Assembly: GCA_050015075.1 (NCBI GenBank)
Contig: JBEKCB010000019.1
Span: forward strand, 28,792-92,791
Length of the DNA: 64,000 nt
Origin: Candidatus Brocadiia bacterium
Lineage (GTDB): Bacteria; Planctomycetota; Brocadiia; CAIUPP01
Direction of reading: 5' to 3'
The position numbers and the translations under genes are program-made. Below, one piece after another: positions 39,560-49,416 of the stretch (positions within the stretch are counted from its first letter, which is position 1; each line of letters opens with the position of its first letter). The notes below the pieces were generated by a model. It worked only from the letters and a program-made list of their open reading frames with translations. It was not told the origin of the DNA and did no database searches.

Positions 39560-41785
39560 TCATTGAAGTTCCCGCAACTGCACATTGCGATAGCGGACGA
39601 CAGTCTTAGTGCCACCGCTAAGCGCCCCAAACCCGACCAGGTAGGTCGTAATGTGCGCCGGGATTTGCATGGGTGAACTGGCGTTCTGGAAAACTTGAAC
39701 CGCATTGGCGGAGGCGGTCACCTTCCCGTTCCGGAAAACGAAATCAAACGAGTTGGCGGCATCATTCAAGGTAGCATGTTTAGCGATCTGTTGCGTTGAT
39801 GACCAGGTGTCGCCGAAGTACATGACGGTGCCTTCCCTAAAGGCCCGCCTGAAGCCAAACGCATACCAGTCCCAACCCTTGATGTCCGGCCGACCCATGA
39901 CCAGGCCCGCCTCGAAATTCCCGTCGGACGAACTGATCATCTCAAATTGGCCGCGCACCTCGAAGTTTGCGCTCACGCGGGCCTTCGAGAACAACATGTG
40001 GCCTTTGGGTCCGAATTCCACTTCCAGCGCGCCATCCGCGAGTCGCCGAACCTTGCCCAGGCTGATCATCCAGATGGGGTCCTGGACGTTTGCCGGCATC
40101 AGGTCCACCCATTCGCCCTGGTGCAGGCGATTCTCGACCGCAAGCTGGGCAAGCCGGTACTGACTGAATTCCTTCGTCCGCGCGTCGGCGGCGGGAAGGG
40201 ACGCCAAGTCGGTATACTGCTTCAGTGCGGACGCGACATTATTCGCGTCGAAGGCGGTTTCTGCGGCGGCAACTGCGGCGCCGGCGGGACCGGTGCGGGC
40301 GGCGACTTCCAGCGGCATGCGAGAGAGGTCAGTTCCCCAGTCGAGCAGATTCCCCGGCACTGGTTTCCAGTCCATAGCTTCCAGTTGTTCGCGGGCCAAG
40401 CCGTAGTCCCCGGCGAAATAAGCGACCACCGCGTACGAAGTGCGCAAGCCATTGCGCTGAGGCGCTCGCTCCGGTACGGCAATGTAACCCCGGAACATTT
40501 TCTTCAATTCCGGCCAGATGTCGGCGCGGCTGTAAATATGCCGCTCGGCCGACAAACCCATTTCCTGTTGCACGTCCCCGACGCACTCAATGAATTCGTA
40601 CGGGACATCGGTGTCAAACCGTCCCGTGTTAAGGGCGGTCCGGCCCAGCGCCAGCAGGGCCTCCAGATTGCCGTGCCAGCGAGGGCGCAAACCCCAGCGC
40701 ATCTCCGACCAGGCGTCCGGATAGTCTATTTGCGCAGCCAGCGTGCGGTCAAACCAGACGCGCATTTCCTGAATACCCGAGTCCCCGAGGGACACTTTCA
40801 TCATAAGGCATGGCGCCATTGGAAAGTCGGGCTGCAATTTCCACGCCTGGGGCAAAACCTTCCGCGCCTCGGCCAGGTTCTCCCCGAACCCTTGCCAGCC
40901 TTTCTCCGTAACGGTGTTGGCGTAACCGCCGCCACGCGCCTGCCACGCCGCGTTGATATGACGCTCGCCGTCCAGCACGAGCGCAAGCCACTGGTAGGAC
41001 GGTCCGGCGTTATGCACGATTTCGCATATGGCGGCGCCGTTGCGCGCGAGAAATTGTGTTCCCCAGCCGACCACGAAAATGTCCGCAAGTTCCTGCTGGT
41101 CGCCGGGCGTGAAACTGCCGTCGGTAAAACATTTCGTCAACAGCTTCAGAGCGGCGACGCCCACTTGGTCAGCCTCGCCGGAAGCCTTGATCCGCATCAA
41201 CTGAGCGATGCACTGGGCTCTGGCGAAAAGTTGCGGATACGCCTGGTAGCCGCTCCCGACATACGCCGCGAAGGCGCGCTTGTAGCGGCGGATGGAGTCG
41301 TTGCAGTCCCCGGTGTTATTAGCGACCACCGTCAGCGCCAGCGGGTCGGTGCAATTGGGGTCGTTGGCAAGCCGCTCGCTCTCATCTTCCAACGACAGCG
41401 TGTTGTTTGTCTCCGGGCCTCCATGAGTGCGGGCAAGCCAGACGCGGATAAACTCCATCACCTCGGCGTCACAGGCGGCATTGTGCTGGCCGTGCTTTTG
41501 ATAACTTTCCAGCCATTGGCGGCTGGTGAACGCAAGAGCTCTTTTTTGAACGTCCCATACGGTCAGCGTTTTGACGCTCCCGTCCACCGGTTGGCTGGCC
41601 ACGGCTACGGGATCCGGCTCGCCGAAACCGGCTAATTTCTGCGCGCCACCGGGCGGCGCGAGCTGGATGGTGATTGTCCCATTCCTATAAGGGAAAGCAC
41701 CTGCCTCTCTGAAGTTCCCTCCAATGCAGAGCATGCCGACGATAGCACATGTCTCCATAAGCCACGAGCTTTTCCGGCCGTTCAT
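39560..41785 (-). CDS. Secreted protein with DUF4034-like domain
   Basis: Signal peptide; AWQARGGGYANTV and LRPRWHG motifs; lower GC. Confidence 0.7.
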   Translation of the reverse strand: MNGRKSSWLMETCAIVGMLCIGGNFREAGAFPYRNGTITIQLAPPGGAQKLAGFGEPDPVAVASQPVDGSVKTLTVWDVQKRALAFTSRQWLESYQKHGQHNAACDAEVMEFIRVWLARTHGGPETNNTLSLEDESERLANDPNCTDPLALTVVANNTGDCNDSIRRYKRAFAAYVGSGYQAYPQLFARAQCIAQLMRIKASGEADQVGVAALKLLTKCFTDGSFTPGDQQELADIFVVGWGTQFLARNGAAICEIVHNAGPSYQWLALVLDGERHINAAWQARGGGYANTVTEKGWQGFGENLAEARKVLPQAWKLQPDFPMAPCLMMKVSLGDSGIQEMRVWFDRTLAAQIDYPDAWSEMRWGLRPRWHGNLEALLALGRTALNTGRFDTDVPYEFIECVGDVQQEMGLSAERHIYSRADIWPELKKMFRGYIAVPERAPQRNGLRTSYAVVAYFAGDYGLAREQLEAMDWKPVPGNLLDWGTDLSRMPLEVAARTGPAGAAVAAAETAFDANNVASALKQYTDLASLPAADARTKEFSQYRLAQLAVENRLHQGEWVDLMPANVQDPIWMISLGKVRRLADGALEVEFGPKGHMLFSKARVSANFEVRGQFEMISSSDGNFEAGLVMGRPDIKGWDWYAFGFRRAFREGTVMYFGDTWSSTQQIAKHATLNDAANSFDFVFRNGKVTASANAVQVFQNASSPMQIPAHITTYLVGFGALSGGTKTVVRYRNVQLRELQ

Positions 41786-42106
41786 AGTATGGTCTCCTTT
41801 GCGCCGCTTGCGTTGCCTCTTGTCACAGCCGGGAATAGCGGTATGACCCGTTGTAAAGGCGTTAAGACAGCAAGTGCTGTAAATATAGAGGCCGCAGGCA
41901 CCGCCGTCAAGCGCTTCTTGGCCGTCTCATCCGGAATTCCCGATTCGACTGTATAACCCGAAGCGTGACACTGCCCGGCAGGCTCTGCAAAGCGCGCTGC
42001 CTGTCGTTTGACTTCCCGGCAGGATTTGGGCTAGAGTCGCGCTATTCTCGGTGCTTATTCGACTGGAATTCGGGCTCGTCGGCGCATCGGAAAGGGATTT
42101 TGTGCG

Positions 42107-43159
42107 ATGGTGAAACGAGTCGGCGTGCTGACCAGCGGCGGCGACTGCCCCGGCCTGAATGCCGTCCTGCGCGCCGTCGTGCGCGCGGCGATCTCCGTCC
42201 ATCACCTCGAATGCGTCGGCGTCATGCGCGGCTGGCGCGGGCTGATGGACGGCTTGACGACGCCGCTCAATATCGAGTCCGTCAGCGGCATTCTTCCGCG
42301 CGGCGGGACAATCCTGCGCACCTCGCGCACCAATCCGTTCATCACTCCCGAAGGCCCGAAGCAGATCATGGCCAACGTCCAGCGGTTCAACCTCGACGGC
42401 GTAATCGTCATCGGCGGCGTGGACACGTTCACGGTGGCGAACCGGCTTTATAAGGAGCATGGTTTCCGCGTGGTCGGCATCCCCGCGACGATTGACAACG
42501 ACGTCGAAGGCACGGAGGCCGCCTTCGGGTTCGACTCGACGGTCAACATCGCCACCGAGGCGATTGACCGCGTCCACACGACCGCCGAGTCGCACGACCG
42601 CGTGATGATCATCGAGGTCATGGGCCGGCTCTCCGGCTGGATCGCCGTCTTCGCCGGCCTCGCCGGCGGCGCGGACATGATCCTGATCCCGGAGCGGCCG
42701 TTCATGCTGCAGGAGATCTCCGACGCCATCATCCACCGGCACGACCGCGGCAAGGACTTCAGCATCGTCGTCGTCGCCGAAGGGGCGCGGATCAAGGACC
42801 GGCCGGAGAATGACGGCGTTTACGTCACCGCGGACAGCCCGCCGGACGAGTTCGGCCGGTACCGGCTCGGCGGGATCGGCTCGGTCATCGCCAAGGAGAT
42901 CGAGAAGCGCACCGGCTACGAGACGCGCGTGACGGTGCTCGGCCACATCCAGCGCGGCGGCACGCCCACCGCCTTCGACCGGGTCCTCGCCGGAAGGTTC
43001 GGCGTCGCCGCGATGGGCCTGGTCGTCAAGGAGCAGTTCGGCCAGATGGTCGCCCTGCAGGCCAACCATATCATCGGCCTGCCCCTCGAAGTCGCCGCCG
43101 ACAAGCGCCGCACCGTCCCCGATGAATTCTACGACGCCGCGAAGGTGTTCTTCGGCTGA
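42107..43159 (+). CDS. pfkA: 6-phosphofructokinase family protein
   Basis: TSGGDCPGLN, GGTILRTSR, TIDND, EVMGR, LGHIQRGG. Confidence 0.92.
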   Translation: MVKRVGVLTSGGDCPGLNAVLRAVVRAAISVHHLECVGVMRGWRGLMDGLTTPLNIESVSGILPRGGTILRTSRTNPFITPEGPKQIMANVQRFNLDGVIVIGGVDTFTVANRLYKEHGFRVVGIPATIDNDVEGTEAAFGFDSTVNIATEAIDRVHTTAESHDRVMIIEVMGRLSGWIAVFAGLAGGADMILIPERPFMLQEISDAIIHRHDRGKDFSIVVVAEGARIKDRPENDGVYVTADSPPDEFGRYRLGGIGSVIAKEIEKRTGYETRVTVLGHIQRGGTPTAFDRVLAGRFGVAAMGLVVKEQFGQMVALQANHIIGLPLEVAADKRRTVPDEFYDAAKVFFG

Positions 43160-43236
43160 ACGGGCCCGCTTGGACGGCTATCCGCTGCAGCGCGCACAAA
43201 TCGGCAGTCGCTGGACAAAGAAAGCGCCAAGAGAAA

Positions 43237-44727
43237 ATGAACACGACCACGATCACGACGCACACGCAGTTCCAGGTCGGGGCGGTGGACCCGAGGATTT
43301 TCGGCGGGTTCCTCGAGCACATGGGGCGCGCCGTTTACGAGGGCGTCTATGATCCCGATTGTTCCCATGCCGACGAGGAAGGATTCCGGCGCGACGTGAT
43401 GGAGGCGCTGAGGCGTCTGCGCATGACGGCGTTGCGATATCCGGGCGGGAATTTCGCCTCCGGTTACCACTGGATGGACGGCGTCGGGCCGCGGGAGAAA
43501 CGCCCCACCGTTCGCGAACTGGCATGGCAAAGCGTCGAGCCCAACCAGTTCGGGACGGACGAGTACATCCGCCTCTGCCGGAAGATGGACTGGACGCCGA
43601 TGCTGACCGTCAACCTCGGCACCGGCACGCCGGAAGAGGCCCGGAACTGGGTGGAATACTGCAACTGCCCCGCGGGGACAAGATACGCCGACCTGCGCAG
43701 CGCGAACGGAGCCGTTCAACCGTACGGGGTCAAGCTATGGTGCCTGGGCAACGAGATGGACGGGCCCTGGCAACTGGGGCACGTGCCCGCGGACCAGTAC
43801 GCCATCCGGGCGCAGCAGGCGGCCAAGATGATGAAGGACGCGGACCCGACGATTGAAGTGGTGGCCTGCGGCTCGTGCACGGTGACGATGCCGACCTACA
43901 TGGACTGGGACCGGCGCGTGCTGGAGTACCTGGGAGACGCGGCGGATTACATCAGCCTTCACCGCTACGTCGGCAACCGCAACGGCGACACGCCCGACTA
44001 CCTTGCGGTCACCAACAGCATTGACCGGCAGATCGAGGAGATGGACGCGGCGTGCCGTTTCGTCCAGGCCAAACGCGGCAGCAGGAAACGGCCTTATCTC
44101 TCTTTCGACGAGTGGAACGTATGGTACAAAGCGCACGGGATGACCGGCGAAGGGAAAAAATTCCCGCACCTGATCGAGGAGGTCTACAACCTGGAAGACG
44201 CGCTGGTCGTCGCCGGCTTCCTTCACAGTTTCATCCGGCACGCGGATGTCGTCAAGATTGCGAATATCGCTCAGATCGTCAACGTGATTGCGCCGGTGCT
44301 CACGCGCGGGGATCAGATGCTCGTGCAATCCATCTTCTACCCGTTCGAGATGTTCTCCAGCCGGAGGGACGGCGCTTCGCTGCGGACCGTTGTGGACGGC
44401 GACGCTTACGAGGGGACGGTGAACGGAAGCGTGCACTACGCAGATGCCAGCGCCATACTCGGCAGCGGCGGACAGCTCCACCTGTTCGTCACCAACCGAA
44501 GCATGGATGACTCGATGGAGGTGCGCCTGAACGTGGCCGACCGGGCGATTCGAGCTCTCGTCAACGCCGAGTTGCTCACGGGGCCGAATGCCAAAGCCGC
44601 GAACTCCTACGAGAAGGACAACGTCGTCCGCGCACAGCCCTGTGACGAGGCGATCATCAAGAACGGCCAGGCGTTCTTCAAGCTCCCGCCGCTATCGTTC
44701 CTGGCCGCGACGCTGTCACTGGGGTGA
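43237..44727 (+). CDS. Alpha-L-arabinofuranosidase (GH51)
   Basis: FLEHMGR, RYPGGNF, WCLGNEMDG, FDEWNVWY. Confidence 0.93.
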   Translation: MNTTTITTHTQFQVGAVDPRIFGGFLEHMGRAVYEGVYDPDCSHADEEGFRRDVMEALRRLRMTALRYPGGNFASGYHWMDGVGPREKRPTVRELAWQSVEPNQFGTDEYIRLCRKMDWTPMLTVNLGTGTPEEARNWVEYCNCPAGTRYADLRSANGAVQPYGVKLWCLGNEMDGPWQLGHVPADQYAIRAQQAAKMMKDADPTIEVVACGSCTVTMPTYMDWDRRVLEYLGDAADYISLHRYVGNRNGDTPDYLAVTNSIDRQIEEMDAACRFVQAKRGSRKRPYLSFDEWNVWYKAHGMTGEGKKFPHLIEEVYNLEDALVVAGFLHSFIRHADVVKIANIAQIVNVIAPVLTRGDQMLVQSIFYPFEMFSSRRDGASLRTVVDGDAYEGTVNGSVHYADASAILGSGGQLHLFVTNRSMDDSMEVRLNVADRAIRALVNAELLTGPNAKAANSYEKDNVVRAQPCDEAIIKNGQAFFKLPPLSFLAATLSLG

Positions 44728-44913
44728 GCGAGCGAACGCAGCCGTCACTCGCCCGTCAGCGCCTTCAGATCCGGCCAGAGCTTGTCGCCACTTATTTCCC
44801 GGACGCCACGCCAGGTTATCGGCGGTCCGCCTGAATTCAGTAGGTCGCGGAGGAAAGTTCGCGGCAGGGAATGATTCGATGGGAGGTCGCGCGCTCGACG
44901 GTCGGCTCGGTCG

Positions 44914-46971
44914 TTATCGCCCGCCCGCTTCTTCCTTTTCGCGCTTGTGCTGGGCGATGACCGCTTCGGCGGAGCGCGCCGGGACGACGTCGTAGTGGCT
45001 GAACTCCATCGTGTAGCCGCCGGTGCCGCCGGTCATCGAGCGCAACTCGGTGGCGTAGTTCATCACCTCGGACATCGGGACGTTGGCGCGGATGATCTGG
45101 AGATCCCCGTCGGTGTCCATGCCGATGATGCGCCCGCGGCGGCTGTTCAGATCGCCCGCGATGTCGCCCATGTTCTGGCTCGGCACGGTGATCTCGACGG
45201 TGACGATCGGTTCGAGAAGGACCGGCTTGGCTTCCATAAACGCCTTCTGGAAGCACATCGAGGCGGCGAGCTTGAAGGCGGCTTCCGAGGAATCCACGTC
45301 GTGGTACTTGCCGAAGTGGAGGATGACGCGCACGTCCTCGACGGGGTAGCCGGCGAGCACGCCCTTGGCGAGGGTCTCGCGCACGCCCTTCTCGACGGCG
45401 GGGATGTACTGGTTCGGGATTGAGCCGCCGACGATGGCGTCCACGAACTCGAACCCCGCGCCGCGCTCGCGCGGCTCCATCTTGAACCAGACCTCGCCGA
45501 ACTGGCCGTGCCCGCCGCTCTGTTTCTTGTGGCGGTAATCGGCCGCCGACGGCACCGTGATGGTTTCCTTGTACGGGATGCGCGGCGGCTTGGTCGTGAC
45601 GCCGACGCCGAACCGGCCGTTAAGCCGGTGGAGCAGCACGTCGAGGTGGAGCCGGCTCATGCCGGTGACGACCAGTTCGCCCGTGCGCTGGTCGCGATGG
45701 ATGCGCAGCGTGGGGTCCTCGTCGGCGAGCTTCTGGACGGCGCCGGAGATCTTCTGCTCGTCGCCGCGCGCCTTTGGCTCCACCGCCAGCGAGACCATCG
45801 GGGTCGGGAACGCGATCTTCGGCAACTCCACGGACGTGTGCGGCGCGCACAGCACGTCGGAGATCTGGATATTCTCGATCTTGGCGACGGCGAGGATATC
45901 GCCTGGGATGCCTTGCGTGACCGGCTGGGTCTCGCGGCCGAACACGCGGAAGAGCTGCGCCACGCGCTCGCTGTTGCCCGTGCGCGCGACCACGGCGTGG
46001 GTGTCGTGCGGAAACGTGCCCTGCAGAATCCGGAAGTAGGCCAGCTTGCCGACGAACGGATCGGTGACCGTCTTGAAGACCTGCGCGACCAGCGGCGCCG
46101 CCGGGTCCGGGCGCAGCTTGATCTCTTCGTTCTTCTTCGTGTCCTTCGCGACGATCTCGCCCTTCTCCATCGGAGACGGCAGGTACGACGCGATGAAGTC
46201 CATCACTTCCCCGACGCCCAGGCCGCTCTTCCCCGCGACATGGAGGATCGGGACCAGCGTGCCCTGCAGGATCGCCTTGCGGAGCGCGCCGACCAGTTCG
46301 TCCGGAGAAAGCTTCTCATCATTCAGGAAGCGCTCCATCAGCGCCTCGTCGGCCTCGACGATCTTGTCCATCAGCGCGCCGGTGGCCGCGGCCAGGTCGC
46401 CCAGGGTTCCTTCGGGCGCCTGCGCGGGCGGCTGCAGCACGTTCACGACGCCCTTGAAAGCCGCGCCGACTCCGATGGGCAGGTTGTACGGCACGCACTC
46501 CGCGCCGAGCGCTTCCTTGATCCGGGCCACGATGCCGGCGTAGTCCACGATATTGTCGCCGTCCATCTTGCTGATCAGGATGACGCGGGCGAGACGGCGT
46601 TCCTTCGACGCGGCGTTCATCCGGCGGGTGTTGAGTTCGATTCCGTGCGTGGCGGAGACGTGGAGGAGCGCGATGTCCGCGGCCTGCAGTGCGCAGAGCG
46701 CGGCGCCGACAAAGTCCGTGTAGCCGGGGGTATCAACGAGATTGATCTCGATGTCCTTCCAGCGGCAGTGGCCCAGCGCCATGAAGACGCTGCTCTGGCG
46801 CTCCTTCTCCTCGTCCTCGAAGTCGAAGATCGAGTTCTTCTCGGCCACGCTGCCGGCGCGGGTGACTGCGCCGGCCTTGAAGAGCATCTGGTCGAGGAGG
46901 GTGGTTTTGCCGCTTCCGGCATGGCCGACGGCGACGACGTTCCGGATGTCCTTGCTGGCGTATTCTGCCAT
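44914..46971 (-). CDS. Elongation factor G-like protein (EF-G2)
   Basis: GHAGSGKTT, DTPG, SKMD, HKKQSGGHGQFG, VDSSEAAF; divergent switch I (EKERQSSV). Confidence 0.92.
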   Translation of the reverse strand: MAEYASKDIRNVVAVGHAGSGKTTLLDQMLFKAGAVTRAGSVAEKNSIFDFEDEEKERQSSVFMALGHCRWKDIEINLVDTPGYTDFVGAALCALQAADIALLHVSATHGIELNTRRMNAASKERRLARVILISKMDGDNIVDYAGIVARIKEALGAECVPYNLPIGVGAAFKGVVNVLQPPAQAPEGTLGDLAAATGALMDKIVEADEALMERFLNDEKLSPDELVGALRKAILQGTLVPILHVAGKSGLGVGEVMDFIASYLPSPMEKGEIVAKDTKKNEEIKLRPDPAAPLVAQVFKTVTDPFVGKLAYFRILQGTFPHDTHAVVARTGNSERVAQLFRVFGRETQPVTQGIPGDILAVAKIENIQISDVLCAPHTSVELPKIAFPTPMVSLAVEPKARGDEQKISGAVQKLADEDPTLRIHRDQRTGELVVTGMSRLHLDVLLHRLNGRFGVGVTTKPPRIPYKETITVPSAADYRHKKQSGGHGQFGEVWFKMEPRERGAGFEFVDAIVGGSIPNQYIPAVEKGVRETLAKGVLAGYPVEDVRVILHFGKYHDVDSSEAAFKLAASMCFQKAFMEAKPVLLEPIVTVEITVPSQNMGDIAGDLNSRRGRIIGMDTDGDLQIIRANVPMSEVMNYATELRSMTGGTGGYTMEFSHYDVVPARSAEAVIAQHKREKEEAGGR

Positions 46972-47069
46972 GTCAGTGGCCCACTTTCCGGTATGTCATG
47001 GGGATTCGCGGCGCGGGAAGCGAGGCGCTTCCACAGGAGGCTTCCCCAGTCGCAACGGATGCAGGAGAT

Positions 47070-47465
47070 TCAGCGCTTGGAGAACTGGAAGCTGCGGCGA
47101 GCCGCTCTGCGCCCGTATTTCTTCCGTTCCTTCATGCGGCTGTCGCGCGTGAGCAGGCCGCTTTCGCGCAGGGCCGCGTCCGTGTCGGAGCTGATGCGCC
47201 GCAGCGCCCGCGCCACGCCGAGCATGATCGCCTCCGCCTGGCCGCTCAACCCGCCGCCGAAAACGTCGGCGACGACGTCGAACTTCCCGAGCGTTTTCGT
47301 GATCTTCAGCGGCGCCAGGACCGAGGCGCGATGGCGCTCGATCGGGAAGAACTGCTCGATCTCCCGCGAGTTGATCTTCACCACGCCGGTGCCGCGGTGC
47401 AGCCACACGCGAGCCACCGAACTCTTGCGACGGCCTGTCGCCAATACGGTCGCCTCTTCAACCAT
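47070..47465 (-). CDS. rpsI: 30S ribosomal protein S9
   Basis: TGRRKSSVARV, GGGLSGQA, LTRDSR..ERKKYG...QFSKR. Confidence 0.98.
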   Translation of the reverse strand: MVEEATVLATGRRKSSVARVWLHRGTGVVKINSREIEQFFPIERHRASVLAPLKITKTLGKFDVVADVFGGGLSGQAEAIMLGVARALRRISSDTDAALRESGLLTRDSRMKERKKYGRRAARRSFQFSKR

Positions 47466-47476
47466 GACTTCTCCTG

Positions 47477-47615
47477 GTGTTTAGTTGCGTAAACTGGCGT
47501 ACCAAGTTACACAACTAAACACGGCCCAACGAAACCTATAACTCGCCATAACGACGCGGCTTATTGCGGTCATGCTTCCGTGCGGAAATAGGAAACCTAT
47601 TTCCGCAAGGAAGCA
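47477..47615 (-). other. Two long hairpins in the rplM-rpsI spacer
   Basis: GTGTTTAGTTG...CAACTAAACAC (47477-47522) and TGCTTCC.TGCGGAAATAGG-AAA-CCTATTTCCGCA.GGAAGCA (47573-47615). Confidence 0.75.
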
Positions 47616-48083
47616 CTAGCGTGCCCGTCGTGCCCGCGCGGCGCTTTCGAGCAGCGGCATTTCCTCGGGACATTGCGCCGCGTGCGGGTGTTCCGGTCCC
47701 GCGTAAATCTTCAGCCGTTTGAGCAGGTGGTTGCCGAGCGAGCCCTTCGGCAGCATGCGCCGGACCGCCAGGCGGATAACCTCCTCGGGATGCTTCTCGA
47801 GCATCGTCTTGATCGGGATGCGCTTCAGTCCGCCGGGATAAAGGCTGTAACGCTGGTACTCTTTCTGCTCGATCTTCCGGCCGGTCAGGCGGATCTTCGA
47901 GGCGTTCGTCACGATCACGAAGTCCCCGGTCGCCACGTGCGGCGTGTAGGTGACCCGGTGTTTCCCCATGAGCACGGTGGCGATGCGCACGGCCAGCCGG
48001 CCGAGCACTTTGCCGGTGGCGTCCGCGTGGAGCCACTTGCCCTCTATGGAGCCTGTTTTCGCCATATAGCTTTTCATAGCCAT
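47616..48083 (-). CDS. rplM: 50S ribosomal protein L13
   Basis: [33 protein letters not shown]. Confidence 0.98.
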   Translation of the reverse strand: MAMKSYMAKTGSIEGKWLHADATGKVLGRLAVRIATVLMGKHRVTYTPHVATGDFVIVTNASKIRLTGRKIEQKEYQRYSLYPGGLKRIPIKTMLEKHPEEVIRLAVRRMLPKGSLGNHLLKRLKIYAGPEHPHAAQCPEEMPLLESAARARRAR

Positions 48084-48164
48084 GCGCAACAATCTCTCTT
48101 TCGGTTTCCGGTCTTTGTCCGAATTCACTGCCGCGGCGGGACAATCCGGCGCAACGAGTTCATT

Positions 48165-48193
48165 AGTATAATTCCTGGCCGGTGCGCTGTCAA
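48165..48193 (-). promoter_or_regulatory. Sigma70 promoter of rplM-rpsI
   Basis: TTGACA-N17-TATACT. Confidence 0.8.
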
Positions 48194-48239
48194 CCGCAAT
48201 TTCCTGTCCGATCGGCGGAAAACGAAAACGACGGCGGTT

Positions 48240-48352
48240 TTTGCCGCGGGTTTCACGGATTTCCACGGATTACAGAAGGCAAAGAGGAAAGCCGTTGCAG
48301 CCTTCTCAGTTCGTTGCCGGTAATCCGTGTAATCCGTGAAATCCGTGGCAAA
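48240..48352. repeat. REP-like inverted repeat pair (CACGGATT units)
   Basis: TTTGCCGCGGGTTTCACGGATTTCCACGGATTA ... TAATCCGTGTAATCCGTGAAATCCGTGGCAAA. Confidence 0.75.
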
Positions 48353-48371
48353 GCCGTCTTCTTCGTTGCGG

Positions 48372-49271
48372 CTAATGCGTGGAATCCGCGGCGTTTTCCT
48401 TCAGCCAGCCGACGAACGCGCGCGCGCAATGATCGAGGTTCTCCATGCCGCCTCCGCCGCGCAGGGGCGAGCACATTTCGTAAGCGACGGGGCCGTCGTA
48501 GCCGCCGGCGCGCAGGCCGGCGAGGAATGTGGCGTTCTCCATATCGCCTTCGCCGATCGGCACGGCGCGCAACAGGTCCGGCTCATGCGTGTAGTTGGTA
48601 AGGCCCGGCCGGTATCGCGCGCGCGGCAGGCAAATGTAGTCGGCCAGTGTCGTATAGACCACGTGCGGCGCCGCGCGCTTCGCCGTCTCGTAGAGTTCTT
48701 CCCCTCGCACACAGAGAGACCATGGGTCGAGCATGAGCCGGCAGTTCGGCTGGGCGATCTCCCGCAGCAACTCCACCAGGGCCTTGCTATGCACGGCCAG
48801 GTCGTGATGGTTCTGGATTCCGATCGTGACCCGGTAAGGCGCGGCGCGCGTGCAGCATTCGCGGATCGCCGCCGCCGTCCGGTCCCACTGCGCGGGCATG
48901 AGCATGTCGTCGCGCTCGTATGCCGTGAAGACGCGCACGAGGGAACAGTTCAACCGCTGAGCCATGCGGCAGAGCGACTCGACGTACTGGACCTGCATCT
49001 CGCTGAACGGCACGTCGCGGGCTTCGGCGCCGCCGGTGAAGTTCGTGTAGGCGGCCAGGCAGGCGACCTCAAGCCTATGCCGCTCGCACAGCGCGCGAAG
49101 CTGGTCGAGCCGATCGTCGGTCCAGTCGAGCGGCGAGAGGTGCGGGCGTTTGCCCATCAGTTCCACGCCGGCGTAGCCCAACGCGGCTGCGCGCGGGATG
49201 AACTCTTCCAGCGTCAACCGGGACTGCCCCCACAAGCCGGCATAGCTCACGGAAAACAGGATGGGGCGCAT
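48372..49271 (-). CDS. Sugar phosphate isomerase/epimerase (xylose isomerase-like TIM barrel)
   Basis: LGYAGVEL, QNHH, MLDPW, VPIGEGD, AYE. Confidence 0.85.
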   Translation of the reverse strand: MRPILFSVSYAGLWGQSRLTLEEFIPRAAALGYAGVELMGKRPHLSPLDWTDDRLDQLRALCERHRLEVACLAAYTNFTGGAEARDVPFSEMQVQYVESLCRMAQRLNCSLVRVFTAYERDDMLMPAQWDRTAAAIRECCTRAAPYRVTIGIQNHHDLAVHSKALVELLREIAQPNCRLMLDPWSLCVRGEELYETAKRAAPHVVYTTLADYICLPRARYRPGLTNYTHEPDLLRAVPIGEGDMENATFLAGLRAGGYDGPVAYEMCSPLRGGGGMENLDHCARAFVGWLKENAADSTH

Positions 49272-49416
49272 GGCACTTTCCTTAAAGCGCGCAACGGCCA
49301 GGCGACGGAAGTGCGATCCGATTGGGCAAATCCGGGTTCGAGGGATAGAGTGGGCGCTTCCGCTCGCTCGGCATGGCCGGCCTGCACGCGGCGAATCGAG
49401 TTCCCGTCGCGCTGCC

